DNA of 64,000 nucleotides from Armatimonadota bacterium. GTDB lineage: Bacteria > Armatimonadota > Fimbriimonadia > Fimbriimonadales > GBS-DC. A program made the translations under genes and the position numbers. The stretch lies in the NCBI GenBank assembly GCA_037445735.1, contig JBBIJY010000001.1, positions 96,001-160,000 on the forward strand. Reading direction: 5' to 3'. The stretch's first letter is position 1, and each line of letters begins with the position of its first letter. The notes below the pieces were generated by a model. That model was not told the origin of the DNA. It made no database searches and saw nothing but the letters and a program-made list of their open reading frames with translations. This document shows positions 23,144-32,976 of this stretch, piece after piece.

Positions 23144-24151
23144 TCAGCCCAGAAGCGGGAACTGCGTCAGGAAGCGCAGGTCGTTCTCCAGGAACAGGCG
23201 CAGGTCGTCGATGCCGTACTGCAGCATCGGGATGCGCTCGATGCCCAGCCCGAAGGCGAAGCCCGAATAGCGTTCCGGGTCGATGCCATACTGCTCCAGA
23301 ATGCTGGGATGGATCAGCCCTGCGCCGCCCAGCTCCAGCCAGCCACCTTTCCACGAAATGGCGAAATCGACGCCCGGCTCCACGAAGGGGAAATAGTCGG
23401 GTCGGAATCGCACGCGCACATCCTGTCCGAACATCGTGCGGGCGAACTGGGTGAGCGTGCCCTTCAGATGCGCCATGCTCACGCCCTCGTCCACCATGAA
23501 GGCGTCCACCTGATGGAAGGTGTGGGAGTGGGTGGCGTCCACATTTTCGTAGCGGAAGCAGCGCCCGATGATGGCGATTCGCAGGGGCAGGGCGCGCTCC
23601 CCGCGCTGCACCTGTTCGAAGATGCGTCCCTGGATGGCGGTGGTCTGCGTGCGCAGCAGCCAGCCATCGCCCACATGGAAGGAGTTCTGCTCATCCATCG
23701 CGGGGTGGTCTTCGGGGTAGTTGAGTGCGCCGAAGTTGTAGCGGAAATGCTCCAGTTCGGGACCCTCGACGAACTCGAAGCCCAGCCCAATGAGGGCGGC
23801 TTTGACGCGGCGCATGGTGAGCGTGAGCGGGTGCAGGCGCGCGGGGCGGATGGGGATGCCGGGCAGGGTGATGTCGATGCGCTCGGCTTGCAGGCGTTGC
23901 TCCAGTTCGGTTCGGGTCAGCACGGCTCGCCGCGCATCAAGCCACTGTTCGATCTGCTCGCGGGCGCGATTGACTGCCTGTCCGAAGGCGGGGCGCTGGT
24001 CGGGTGGCAGGCTTCCGATCTGGCGCAGGAGCGTGCCGAGCGCGCCTTTTTTGCCGAGATAGCGCAACTCCACCGCGTCCAGTTCAGCGGTGGAGCTGCA
24101 TCGCTCGATCTCTGCCTGCGCCTGAGCCAGAAGCTGCTGGATGGTGTCCAT
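23144..24151 (-). CDS. pheS: Phenylalanine-tRNA ligase alpha subunit
   Basis: HPA, LLRTQT, FPFVEP, GFAFGLGIER. Confidence 0.96.
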   Translation of the reverse strand: MDTIQQLLAQAQAEIERCSSTAELDAVELRYLGKKGALGTLLRQIGSLPPDQRPAFGQAVNRAREQIEQWLDARRAVLTRTELEQRLQAERIDITLPGIPIRPARLHPLTLTMRRVKAALIGLGFEFVEGPELEHFRYNFGALNYPEDHPAMDEQNSFHVGDGWLLRTQTTAIQGRIFEQVQRGERALPLRIAIIGRCFRYENVDATHSHTFHQVDAFMVDEGVSMAHLKGTLTQFARTMFGQDVRVRFRPDYFPFVEPGVDFAISWKGGWLELGGAGLIHPSILEQYGIDPERYSGFAFGLGIERIPMLQYGIDDLRLFLENDLRFLTQFPLLG

Positions 24152-24172
24152 AAAGCGTCGGGAGGCGGGGCT

Positions 24173-24523
24173 TCAGGATGAGCCCCGCACGCTTTGCACC
24201 AGCATGGTGAAGGCGTCGGGGTCGCGCACCGCCATCTCCGCCAGCATCTTGCGGTTGACCGCGACGCCGCGCTCCGCCAGCGCGTGGATGAACTCGTGAT
24301 AGCGGATGCCCTGCGCACGGCAGGCAGCACTGATTCGCGTGATCCATAGCCGCCGCAGGTCACGCTTGCGCTGACGGCGGTCGCGATACGCATAGAGCAG
24401 CGACTTCATCACCTGCTCATGCGCCTTGCGGAACAGCTTCCGCTTCGCGCTGTAGTAGCCTTTCGCCAGTCGCAGTATCTTTTTATGTCTTCGCCGGGTG
24501 ACGGTTCCACCTTTGACACGCAT
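24173..24523 (-). CDS. rplT: 50S ribosomal protein L20
   Basis: [24 protein letters not shown] gaggagg. Confidence 0.96.
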   Translation of the reverse strand: MRVKGGTVTRRRHKKILRLAKGYYSAKRKLFRKAHEQVMKSLLYAYRDRRQRKRDLRRLWITRISAACRAQGIRYHEFIHALAERGVAVNRKMLAEMAVRDPDAFTMLVQSVRGSS

Positions 24524-24578
24524 CGTGATAGCCTCCTCAGGCGTGGAGCTCGGGCGCAGGATGCGCCCGCTCCTGCGT

Positions 24579-24776
24579 TCAGCGTCCTGCCAGCAAGCGG
24601 TTAACGCGCCGATACTCGCCCTTGAAGAGTTCATCTTCGAGGTCGAGTCGGCGTTTGCGCGCGGGCGATTTACTGAGGAACAGGTGACTGTTCCCGGCTT
24701 TCTTGTGCATCAGTTTGCCCGTCGCTGTGCGTTTGAACCGCTTGGCGGCGGTCTTGCTCGTCTTCATCTTTGGCAT
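24579..24776 (-). CDS. rpmI: 50S ribosomal protein L35
   Basis: [17 protein letters not shown]. Confidence 0.96.
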   Translation of the reverse strand: MPKMKTSKTAAKRFKRTATGKLMHKKAGNSHLFLSKSPARKRRLDLEDELFKGEYRRVNRLLAGR

Positions 24777-25338
24777 GCTGGGTATCTCCTCCTGCTTGCA
24801 CGGTTGGGACGGTTTCGGTGCGGGCAGGTTTCCTGTGCGGTGCCAGCACCATCACCATCTGGCGTCCCTCCATCGTCGGCGGTCGCTCGATGAAGCCATC
24901 GTCCCGCAGGGCATCGGCGACCTTTTTGAGCAGCGTTTCGCCCATCTGCGGTCGCCCGATCTCCCGACTGCGGAAGATGACAATAAATTTTACCTTATCG
25001 CCATCCTGCAGGAACTCGCGCGCGTTGCGCGTTTTGGTTTCGATGTCGTGTGCGCCCGTGCTGGGACGCAGGCGAATGGTCTTGACATCCGCCTGTTTGT
25101 GCTTGCGCTTCGACTCTTTGGCGAGTTTTTCCTGCTCGTAGCGATAGCGCCCGTAGTCGAGGATTCGGCACACGGGCGGGTTCGCGTTCGGCGCAACTTC
25201 CACCAGGTCGAGACCGCGCTCCTGCGCGATTTTGAGGGCGCGGCGAATGTGCATCACTCCGATCTGCTTCCCGTTCTCGTCAATAACGCGCACCTCTCTG
25301 GCGCGGATCCGATTGTTGACCCTCAGTTCCTTCTGGAT
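24670..25338 (-). CDS. infC: Translation initiation factor IF-3, inferred ATC start
   Basis: [36 protein letters not shown] at 25338 follows SD-like gagggtga with an in-frame TAA 7 codons upstream. Confidence 0.92.
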   Translation of the reverse strand: MQKELRVNNRIRAREVRVIDENGKQIGVMHIRRALKIAQERGLDLVEVAPNANPPVCRILDYGRYRYEQEKLAKESKRKHKQADVKTIRLRPSTGAHDIETKTRNAREFLQDGDKVKFIVIFRSREIGRPQMGETLLKKVADALRDDGFIERPPTMEGRQMVMVLAPHRKPARTETVPTVQAGGDTQHAKDEDEQDRRQAVQTHSDGQTDAQESREQSPVPQ

Positions 25339-25382
25339 AGCTGGCTCACCCTCGCTTTATGTCTGGTTTGCATGTGCCCTGC

Positions 25383-25411
25383 ATTATACCATGCCTGACC
25401 TGCTTTGTCAA
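25383..25411 (-). promoter_or_regulatory. Consensus sigma70 promoter of the infC-rpmI-rplT-pheST operon
   Basis: TTGACA-17 bp-TATAAT with extended TG. Confidence 0.85.
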
Positions 25412-26676
25412 GTGGGTGGTTGCATGGTTGCCTGCCATGCATGCAACGCGCGCAGGGTGGCAGGAGGCAGGGCGTTCGCCGAGACCTGCACGCCCACCAC
25501 GAACGGCTTGCTCATGGCGAGCGTGGACACCTGCTGCAGCCACTCCAGCAGCGGTTGCTCACCACTGGACGCCCGCCAGAAGGGATTCGCAGCAGCGGGC
25601 AGATTCAGCGTCAGATGCAGCGGCTTGCCCAGATCACCGTAATGCTCCAGCAGGCTGTCCAGATCGAGCAGGTCGAAGTCGTGCTCGTAGAGATGGAGAT
25701 GGACACCCTCAAACGGCACGCCCCACTCCACACAGGCATGCAGCAGCTGGAACGCCGTGTGGCGATGATGCAGACTGTAGTGGGCGCCGAGCAGGCGCAC
25801 GATGCCGAAATCGACCGCTCGCGCCGCCTCACACAGCACGCCAATCAACCTGACCTGCTCGCGCTCATTGCTCCCGATAGGGTTCAGGCTAAACGGCAGG
25901 TCGGACAGAACCTCCCAGTAGCGGATTCGCCCGCGATAGAGTCGGATGGCGTCGCAGAGACGCTGGAGGAGCGTGTCATGCAGGGGCTGGGGCAGCTGGG
26001 CTGCCTGCCGGATGAAGGCGGCGTCCAGCACCGATTCGCCGCGCACGAGCCGTCGCTCCTGCTGGGCTTGCTGAACCAGTGGTTCCCAGCGTTCGAGCGC
26101 AGGCTGGGTCATGCGGAGGCTGAGCTGGTTGAAGGGCGGATGAAGCGCCTGCATTATGGACAGGTCTGGCTCGTTGATGGCGGTGCCCCACACGAACAGT
26201 TCGCGCCCGCCCATGCGCTGGAGGCGCGTGCGTGCCACCGCAAGCGCAGCCTGCTCGCCTGCCTGCAGGCTCTTCTGCAGGCTCTGCAATAACGGCTCGC
26301 GTCCCGAATCGTCAGGCAGGAGCATCTGTGCCTGAATGCTCTCCAGCGGCACACCCTTGCGCTGATACTGTCTGATGAAGCTCAGACTGCGTTGGTAGCG
26401 GCTGCGAGCCAGCTCGCGCTCCAGCACAATCTCGCGCGTCTGCGAGCCGTAGCCCCTGCCGTTCGACCAGAGATAGAGGCAGCCGTAATTGGGCACCTCG
26501 AGCGGATAGGCAACGCCGAACGGCTCGCCCGGATAGGGAAGGCAAACCGCTCCCGTACAGAACTCACCCGCCTGAATGGGGAGCGGCTCGCGCCGAATGT
26601 CGGTCAGCCGCAGGAGCGAGGCGTCCAGCGCTGCGTCCATCAATCGGATACGAATCGGTTCCGCCACAGCCCTCAC
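25408..26676 (-). CDS. GH10-like TIM-barrel hypothetical protein, catalytic residues apparently absent
   Basis: YRGRIRYWEV, GVPFEGVHL, GKPLHLT resemble GH10 strands; start uncertain. Confidence 0.55.
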   Translation of the reverse strand: MRAVAEPIRIRLMDAALDASLLRLTDIRREPLPIQAGEFCTGAVCLPYPGEPFGVAYPLEVPNYGCLYLWSNGRGYGSQTREIVLERELARSRYQRSLSFIRQYQRKGVPLESIQAQMLLPDDSGREPLLQSLQKSLQAGEQAALAVARTRLQRMGGRELFVWGTAINEPDLSIMQALHPPFNQLSLRMTQPALERWEPLVQQAQQERRLVRGESVLDAAFIRQAAQLPQPLHDTLLQRLCDAIRLYRGRIRYWEVLSDLPFSLNPIGSNEREQVRLIGVLCEAARAVDFGIVRLLGAHYSLHHRHTAFQLLHACVEWGVPFEGVHLHLYEHDFDLLDLDSLLEHYGDLGKPLHLTLNLPAAANPFWRASSGEQPLLEWLQQVSTLAMSKPFVVGVQVSANALPPATLRALHAWQATMQPPT

Positions 26677-26717
26677 CAGATATTATCGGTATCGGTGCAA
26701 CCGATTTTGAGGACTTT

Positions 26718-29525
26718 TTATGTAAGCTGCTGGAGCCGCGTGGCAATTCGCTGATGGCGTTCCATCAGCTCCTGCTCCTGGGCGCGGGTCTCCTGCACCA
26801 CTTCGGGGCGGGCGCGCTCCAGAAATTGGGGGTTGCGCAGGCGTGCCTGCACGCGCCGCAGCTCCTCCTCCACCCTGTTGAGTTCGCGCTGCAGGCGTTC
26901 ACGCTCGCGCCCGATGTCGATGACGCCTTCGACGGGCAGGTAGACCTCCGCGCCGTCGGTGGGGTTCATCAGCGCGCGCTCCGTCGGCGTGCCCCAGCGA
27001 ATCTCGCGGCACCAGGCGAGGTACTCCATCAGCGGCTGATGGCGCTGCAAGCGCATGCGACCGAGATTGTCCGTCGGATTCAACCACACCAGCGGGATTT
27101 CGACGCCGGGCGTGATATTGACCTCCGCGCGCAGGTTGCGAATGGCGCGAATGGTTTCGAACACCTGTGCGATTTCGGCTTCCGCCTCAGGGTCGATAAG
27201 CGCGGGGTTCGCCTGCGGGAAGGGCGCACGGATCAGCGCAGGACAATCGGGCGTCGCGCCAATCGCCTGCCACAGCTCCTCGCTGATGTGCGGCATGTAG
27301 GGATGCAGCAGGCGCAGAATCTGGTCAAACAGGTAGACGAGCATCGCCTGCGTCCGGGCGCGGCGGGCGGTGTCCTGCAGGCGCGGCTTGCACGCCTCGA
27401 TATACCAGTCGCACACCTCGCTCCAGATGAACTCATAGAGGGCGTTCGCGCCGTCATCGAAGCAGTAGTTCGTGAGCGCGGTCTGAACCGCGTCGATGGT
27501 GCGCTGCAGGCGGCTCAGCACCCAGCGATCCAGCACATCAGCAGGCTGTGCCCCCATCTGGCGCAGGGTCGCTAAATCGGCATCGCTCAGGTTCAGCAGC
27601 ACGAACCGCGTGGCGTTCCACACCTTGTTCGCGAAGTTGCGGGCGTTCACCACGCGCTCCTCATAGAAGCGGATCGACTGCTGCATGCCCGCCTGCTGAA
27701 GCAGCGACCAGCGCAGGGCGTCCGTGCCATACTTGTCGATCATCTCCAGCGGGTCGATGCCCGTGCCGAGCGATTTGGACATCCGCCTGCCCTCTTTGTT
27801 CAGCACGGTCGCGTGGATGTACACCTCGTGGAAGGGCACATCGCCCACGAAATAAAGCCCCGTCATAATCATGCGGGCAACCCACAGGTAAAGAATCTCC
27901 TGCGCCGTAATCAGCACATTGGTGGGATAAAAAAGACGCAGCTCGTCCGAGGCGCGGGGCCAGCCCAACACGGTCTGGGGCCAGATGGCGGAGGAGAACC
28001 ATGTGTCCAGCACATCGGGGTCGCGCACGAGGCGCGTGCTGCCACAACGCGGGCATCGGTCAGGCGCGCTCTTTTGCACAATGGGGCTTTCCCGCCGCTT
28101 GAGGCGGTATCGCACCCCCTCACCCGTACCCTCTCCCCCTGATGGGAGAGAGGGACTTTGAACCCCCGCTCCCCTCTGGGGTGAGGGGTCAGTCAACAGC
28201 TCAAAGTTTTCGGGATGGCAATCGATGCAGTACCATGCGGGAATCTGGTGTCCCCACCAGAGCTGGCGGGAGATGCACCAGTCGCGAATGTTCTCCATCC
28301 AGTTCAGGTACATTTCGGTGTAGCGTTCGGGAATGAAGCGCACCTTGCCCTGCTTCACGACCTCGATGGCGGGTCTGGCGATTGGCTCCATGCGGCAGAA
28401 CCACTGCTCGCTCAGGAGCGGCTCGATGACCGTGTGGCAGCGTTCACAGCGCGAGAGCGGCACCGTGTGGTCTTCCACTTTCACCAGATAGCCCGCCTGC
28501 TGAAGGTCCTCCACGATCAGCCGGCGCACCTCGTAGCGGTCTTTGCCATGATACTTTTGCAGGTAGGGGTTGGCGTGAGCGTTGAGTTCCTCGCGCAGGC
28601 GCTCGGTGTTGATGGTGGCGTCCTCGTTAATCACGATGGGGCGAGGCAGGTTGTGCCGCTGCCCCATTTCGAAGTCGTTCGGGTCGTGGGCGGGCGTCAC
28701 CTTGACCGCGCCTGTGCCGAAGGCGGGATCGGGGTAGGGATCGGCAATCAGCGGGATGAGCCGGTTCACCAGTGGCAGGCGCAGGGTGCGTCCGATCAGC
28801 CCCTGATAGCGTCCATCGGCAGGGTTGACCGCCACCGCCACATCGCCCAGCATCGTTTCGGGGCGTGTGGTCGCAACCACCACGCCGCCCTCGCCCTCCG
28901 CGAACGGATAGAGGATGTGATAGAGCTTGCCCGCCTCTTCCGTGCGCTCCAGCTCAATGTCGGAGAGGGCGGTTCGGCACCGGGGACACCAGTTGATGAC
29001 GCGCTCGCCAATATAGAGATGCCCATCCTGCCACCAGCGCACAAACACCTCCAGCACGGCGTCGGCATATTCGGGGTCGAGCGTGAAGCGGGTATAGCGC
29101 CAGTCGTAGGAGCAGCCGAGCCGACGGAACTGCATCAGGATCGTGTTGCCATACTGCTCGCGCCACTGCCACACGCGCTCCAGGAACTTCTCACGCCCCA
29201 GTTGCTGGCGGGTCAGTCCCTCCTTGAGCAGTTCACGCTCCACCACATTCTGGGTGGCGATGCCCGCATGGTCGGTGCCCGGCACGCACAGCACATTGTA
29301 GCCCTGCATGCGCTTCCAGCGCAGCAGCACATCGTGGATGGTGTTGTTCAGCGCGTGCCCCATGTGGAGTGAACCCGTGATGTTGGGCGGCGGGATAGTG
29401 ATGCAGTAGCGCGGGCGACCGTCATCGGCGATGACCGCCTCAAAATCGCCCCGCTCCAGCCACCACTGATACCGCCGCTGCTCCACCTGATGCGGGTCAT
29501 AAGTTTTCGGCAACTCCTGCGCCAT
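26718..29525 (-). CDS. valS: Valine-tRNA ligase
   Basis: PPPNITGSLHMGH, DWCISRQLWWGH, RMSKS, C-terminal coiled coil. Confidence 0.97.
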   Translation of the reverse strand: MAQELPKTYDPHQVEQRRYQWWLERGDFEAVIADDGRPRYCITIPPPNITGSLHMGHALNNTIHDVLLRWKRMQGYNVLCVPGTDHAGIATQNVVERELLKEGLTRQQLGREKFLERVWQWREQYGNTILMQFRRLGCSYDWRYTRFTLDPEYADAVLEVFVRWWQDGHLYIGERVINWCPRCRTALSDIELERTEEAGKLYHILYPFAEGEGGVVVATTRPETMLGDVAVAVNPADGRYQGLIGRTLRLPLVNRLIPLIADPYPDPAFGTGAVKVTPAHDPNDFEMGQRHNLPRPIVINEDATINTERLREELNAHANPYLQKYHGKDRYEVRRLIVEDLQQAGYLVKVEDHTVPLSRCERCHTVIEPLLSEQWFCRMEPIARPAIEVVKQGKVRFIPERYTEMYLNWMENIRDWCISRQLWWGHQIPAWYCIDCHPENFELLTDPSPQRGAGVQSPSLPSGGEGTGEGVRYRLKRRESPIVQKSAPDRCPRCGSTRLVRDPDVLDTWFSSAIWPQTVLGWPRASDELRLFYPTNVLITAQEILYLWVARMIMTGLYFVGDVPFHEVYIHATVLNKEGRRMSKSLGTGIDPLEMIDKYGTDALRWSLLQQAGMQQSIRFYEERVVNARNFANKVWNATRFVLLNLSDADLATLRQMGAQPADVLDRWVLSRLQRTIDAVQTALTNYCFDDGANALYEFIWSEVCDWYIEACKPRLQDTARRARTQAMLVYLFDQILRLLHPYMPHISEELWQAIGATPDCPALIRAPFPQANPALIDPEAEAEIAQVFETIRAIRNLRAEVNITPGVEIPLVWLNPTDNLGRMRLQRHQPLMEYLAWCREIRWGTPTERALMNPTDGAEVYLPVEGVIDIGRERERLQRELNRVEEELRRVQARLRNPQFLERARPEVVQETRAQEQELMERHQRIATRLQQLT
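28115..28188. repeat. BoxC-like repeat, in frame inside valS
   Basis: ccccctcaccc-gta-ccctctccccc-tgat-gggagagaggg...ggggtgagggg. Confidence 0.88.
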
Positions 29526-29591
29526 AGCGGAGAATATTGTACCTTTCACCATCGCCGCAGCGATTCAGGTATAATGGAGAGGTGGTGGCAG

Positions 29592-30591
29592 ATGGTGGAG
29601 CCACTATTCGAGAAGGGGCTGGGCACGGAACTGGAGGCGATGGTGTTTCGAGCGCCGCCTGGTGCCGAAATCCGCCTGAAAGCGGGTATCTATCGTCTTG
29701 AACGCCCCCTATTCATCACCAAGCCTCTCTCACTAATCGGCGATGGCATTCAGAAGACACGTATCGTCTGCAGCACGGAGGAGTGCGTGTTGAAGTTTCT
29801 GGGGAAAGGACGGTTTCGCGCGGAGGGTGTCGCGTTCTATCATCTTGGCAGGAAGTGGGGCGATGTGGTCGTGGTCGAGAACGGAGAGGTGGACTTTAAG
29901 CGTTGTCGCTTTGTTGGGGGGGCGATGGAGCCGCTGGTATCGGCTCGGCGGTACAGGTGTGTGGTTGCGCGGTACAGTGCGTGGAACCATCCTTGAATGT
30001 GAGGCGGAAATGAACGAAAACGCAGGCATCCGTGTATCGGACAAAGCCCAGCCCCTTCTGCAAGCCAATCGCTGCTGCGAAAATTATACTGGCATTCTGT
30101 ATGACGGTGATTCAGCAGGCACTGCCAGGCGCAATGTGTGCAACACAAACCGAGCCGGAATCGTGCTGGATGGACGCGCCCGTCCGCTACTGGAGGGAAA
30201 TGTGTGCAGCTTCAACCGCCACGGCGGGATTATCTATCTTGGCGGTGCGGCAGGTATCGCTCGCAGGAACATCTGTAACCAGAATCGGGTGAGGGGGATC
30301 GAGATCGCAGAGCAAGCCAGACCGGTACTGGAAGCCAATCAATGCATCCAGAATGAGGACGGCATCGTCTACTTCCATACGGCGGCAGGTGTTGCCCGAC
30401 GCAACATTTGCCGTCTCAATATCTGTGGGATCGGGGTCACCGATCAGGCACAACCTCTCCTCGAATCGAACACCTGCGAGGCTAATCACCTGTTTGGCTT
30501 GCGCATTTTCAGCACGGCGCGTCCTGTGCTGAAAAACAATCGCTGTGTCAAAAACGGTCGGCAAGATATACAGGACGAGCGCCGTCGATAG
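29592..30591 (+). pseudogene. Right-handed beta-helix (pectin lyase/NosD-like) protein, frameshifted at a G7 run
   Basis: N-terminal part in one frame and N.C..N...GI repeats in another; removing one G at 29916-29922 joins them. Confidence 0.75.
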
Positions 30592-30621
30592 CGACAGTTA
30601 AAATAGCCGTGTTCCGCAAGC

Positions 30622-31995
30622 TCATTTTAGCAACGCTGAGCCGAAAGTGTATTCATAGCGCATCGGGTTGTAGCGCTGATAGCCTCGTGGGGGAAACATC
30701 ATCTGGGAGAGAGGATTATCCGCGTACAGACTGCGCCCGTGCTGAATAAAATATTCGAACTCCTCACGGAAGTTTTTGATGAAGGCGCGGATGGGCCAGG
30801 CGGCGGCGTCGCCCAATGCGCAGAAGCTACGCCCATCGATCTGGTCGCAGATGTCCAGCAGAAGGTCGATATCCGCCATGCGCCCCTTGCCCTGCAGGAT
30901 GCGCTCCAGGATTTGCACCATCCAGCGGGTGCCCTCGCGGCATGGCGTGCATTTACCGCACGATTCGTGCGCGTAGAACTCCGCCGTGCGCCACGCGAAA
31001 TGTACGATACAGGTGTGTTCGTTCAGCACGATGCAGCCACCGGAACCGACCATACTGCCCTTTTCCATCAGCTCCTCATAGCCGATGATCGCGTCCTCAC
31101 ATTTATCGGCGGGCAGGATGGGCATCGAGGAGCCGCCCGGTATGATGCCCTTGAGCTTGCCGCCCGCCATGCCACCCGCCAGCTCGATGAGCTCCATCAG
31201 CGGCGTGCCAAACTCAATTTCATAGTTGCCTGGTCGGTTCACATGCCCGCTGACGGAAAAAATCTTGGTGCCGCGGCTGTTTCGAGTGCTGGCGCCGTAC
31301 TGGGCGTACCACTCACCGCCGTTGAGGATGATGTGCGGCACGCAGGAGAGCGTCTCGCAGTTGTTGATGAGCGTGGGGCAGTCCCATAAGCCGGCGACGG
31401 TGGGCAGGGGCGCGTGCGGGAACTTCAGGCGCGGCATGCCCCGCTCGCCCATCAGGCTCGACATCATCGCCGACTCCTCGCCACACTCATAGGAGCCTGC
31501 GCCCATGTGAATGTAGATGTCGTGATCGAACCCGCTGCCGAGAATGTTTTTGCCGAGGTAGCCTGCGCGATAGGCTTGATCGATGGCTTTGCGCACCTTG
31601 CGGGCGCACTCCACATACTCGCCCCGAATGTAGATGTAGCCGATGCGGGCGCGCACTGCATAGCCTGCGATTATCATGCCTTCAATCAGCTGGTGAGGGG
31701 CGCGATACATCAGCTCGAAATCTTTGAAGGTGCCCGGTTCGCCCTCATCGGAGTTGCACAGCACATAGTGGAGCTTATCGTCATCTTTGGGAATGCCGTT
31801 CCATTTGATCCATGCGGGGAAGCCTGCGCCACCGCGCCCGCGCAGACCCGACTTCTTAATTTCGTCGATGACCGCCTGGCGCTCCATCTGCAGCGCCTTG
31901 CGCAGCGCCTGATAGCCGCCGTTCGCCTCGTAGACCTCCAGCTCGTCGTAGTTGGGGATGTCCCGACAGCGGAGCAGGATTCGTACCTCGCCCAT
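30622..31995 (-). CDS. nuoF: NADH-quinone oxidoreductase subunit F
   Basis: SGLRGRGGAGF, NSDEGEPG, YECGEE, ESCGKCTPCREG, CALG. Confidence 0.9.
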   Translation of the reverse strand: MGEVRILLRCRDIPNYDELEVYEANGGYQALRKALQMERQAVIDEIKKSGLRGRGGAGFPAWIKWNGIPKDDDKLHYVLCNSDEGEPGTFKDFELMYRAPHQLIEGMIIAGYAVRARIGYIYIRGEYVECARKVRKAIDQAYRAGYLGKNILGSGFDHDIYIHMGAGSYECGEESAMMSSLMGERGMPRLKFPHAPLPTVAGLWDCPTLINNCETLSCVPHIILNGGEWYAQYGASTRNSRGTKIFSVSGHVNRPGNYEIEFGTPLMELIELAGGMAGGKLKGIIPGGSSMPILPADKCEDAIIGYEELMEKGSMVGSGGCIVLNEHTCIVHFAWRTAEFYAHESCGKCTPCREGTRWMVQILERILQGKGRMADIDLLLDICDQIDGRSFCALGDAAAWPIRAFIKNFREEFEYFIQHGRSLYADNPLSQMMFPPRGYQRYNPMRYEYTFGSALLK

Positions 31996-32013
31996 TCGCG
32001 TGCCTCCACCCTA

Positions 32014-32976
32014 TTATACCTGTCGTGCCTTGCTGGGGTCATAGGGGTCTACATGGATGACCACCTGCGCGGGGGCAAGTTCGCGCTCCAGCCGTTTCTC
32101 CAGCTCATCGGCGACGGCGTGCGCCTGCTGGAGGCTCCAGTCGGCGGGCACAACGATATGCAGGTCAATATAACGCATCGCGCCAGAGCGGCGCGTGCGC
32201 AAATTGTGGTAGCTGATCACGCGCGGGTCGGAACGGATGACCGAATCGATGTGCGCGATTTCCTCATCGGGCAGCCGCTGGTCGATCAGCTCGTGGAACG
32301 CCTGCGTGGAGAGCCGCCACGCGCCGCGCAGCAGCCAGAGCGCGATGGCAATCGCCAGCAGCGGGTCGATCAGAGTCCAGCCAGTGAACCGAATGATGAC
32401 GAGCGCGACTAGCACGCCTGCACTCGTCCAGTGGTCGACCATCAGGTGCTGCCCGTTGGAGAGCAGGGCGAGCGAGCGGGTGCGCCGCCCCACGCGCAAC
32501 ACATATTGACCCACCAGCAGGCTGGTGAGGGTGGAAAGCAGCATCACGCCCAGCCCCAGCTCAAGGCTCTCCAGCCGCACGCCGCGCACCAGCCGATGGA
32601 TGCCCTCCCCGATCAGATACAGCACCATCAGAAAGAGCAGGATCGATTCGCCGAAGCCCGCGAGCGTTTCGATTTTGCCGTGTCCGTAGGGATGGCGTTC
32701 GTCGGGCGGGGCGGAGGCAGCACGAATGCCCACATAAGCCAGCGTGGACGCCACAATATCGGTGGCGGAGTGAAGCGCTTCAGAAAGCAGGCTCATCGAC
32801 CCCGTGAGCAACGCGGCGACAAGCTTGGCAGCGGTGAACAGCACATTGTAGGTGAGCGAGAGGGCAGAAGCGAGCCGTTTCGCCCGCTCCTGCCTGTCCC
32901 TCGGTGCATCCGCCCCGTTGAACGACGCCGATGCAGCCGATTGAGGCTCTACTTCGGCACGCGCTTGATGGTGCAT
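32014..32976 (-). CDS. Cation diffusion facilitator (FieF-like)
   Basis: HSATD, HPYGHGK, HLMVD, C-terminal dimerisation domain IHVDP. Confidence 0.9.
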   Translation of the reverse strand: MHHQARAEVEPQSAASASFNGADAPRDRQERAKRLASALSLTYNVLFTAAKLVAALLTGSMSLLSEALHSATDIVASTLAYVGIRAASAPPDERHPYGHGKIETLAGFGESILLFLMVLYLIGEGIHRLVRGVRLESLELGLGVMLLSTLTSLLVGQYVLRVGRRTRSLALLSNGQHLMVDHWTSAGVLVALVIIRFTGWTLIDPLLAIAIALWLLRGAWRLSTQAFHELIDQRLPDEEIAHIDSVIRSDPRVISYHNLRTRRSGAMRYIDLHIVVPADWSLQQAHAVADELEKRLERELAPAQVVIHVDPYDPSKARQV

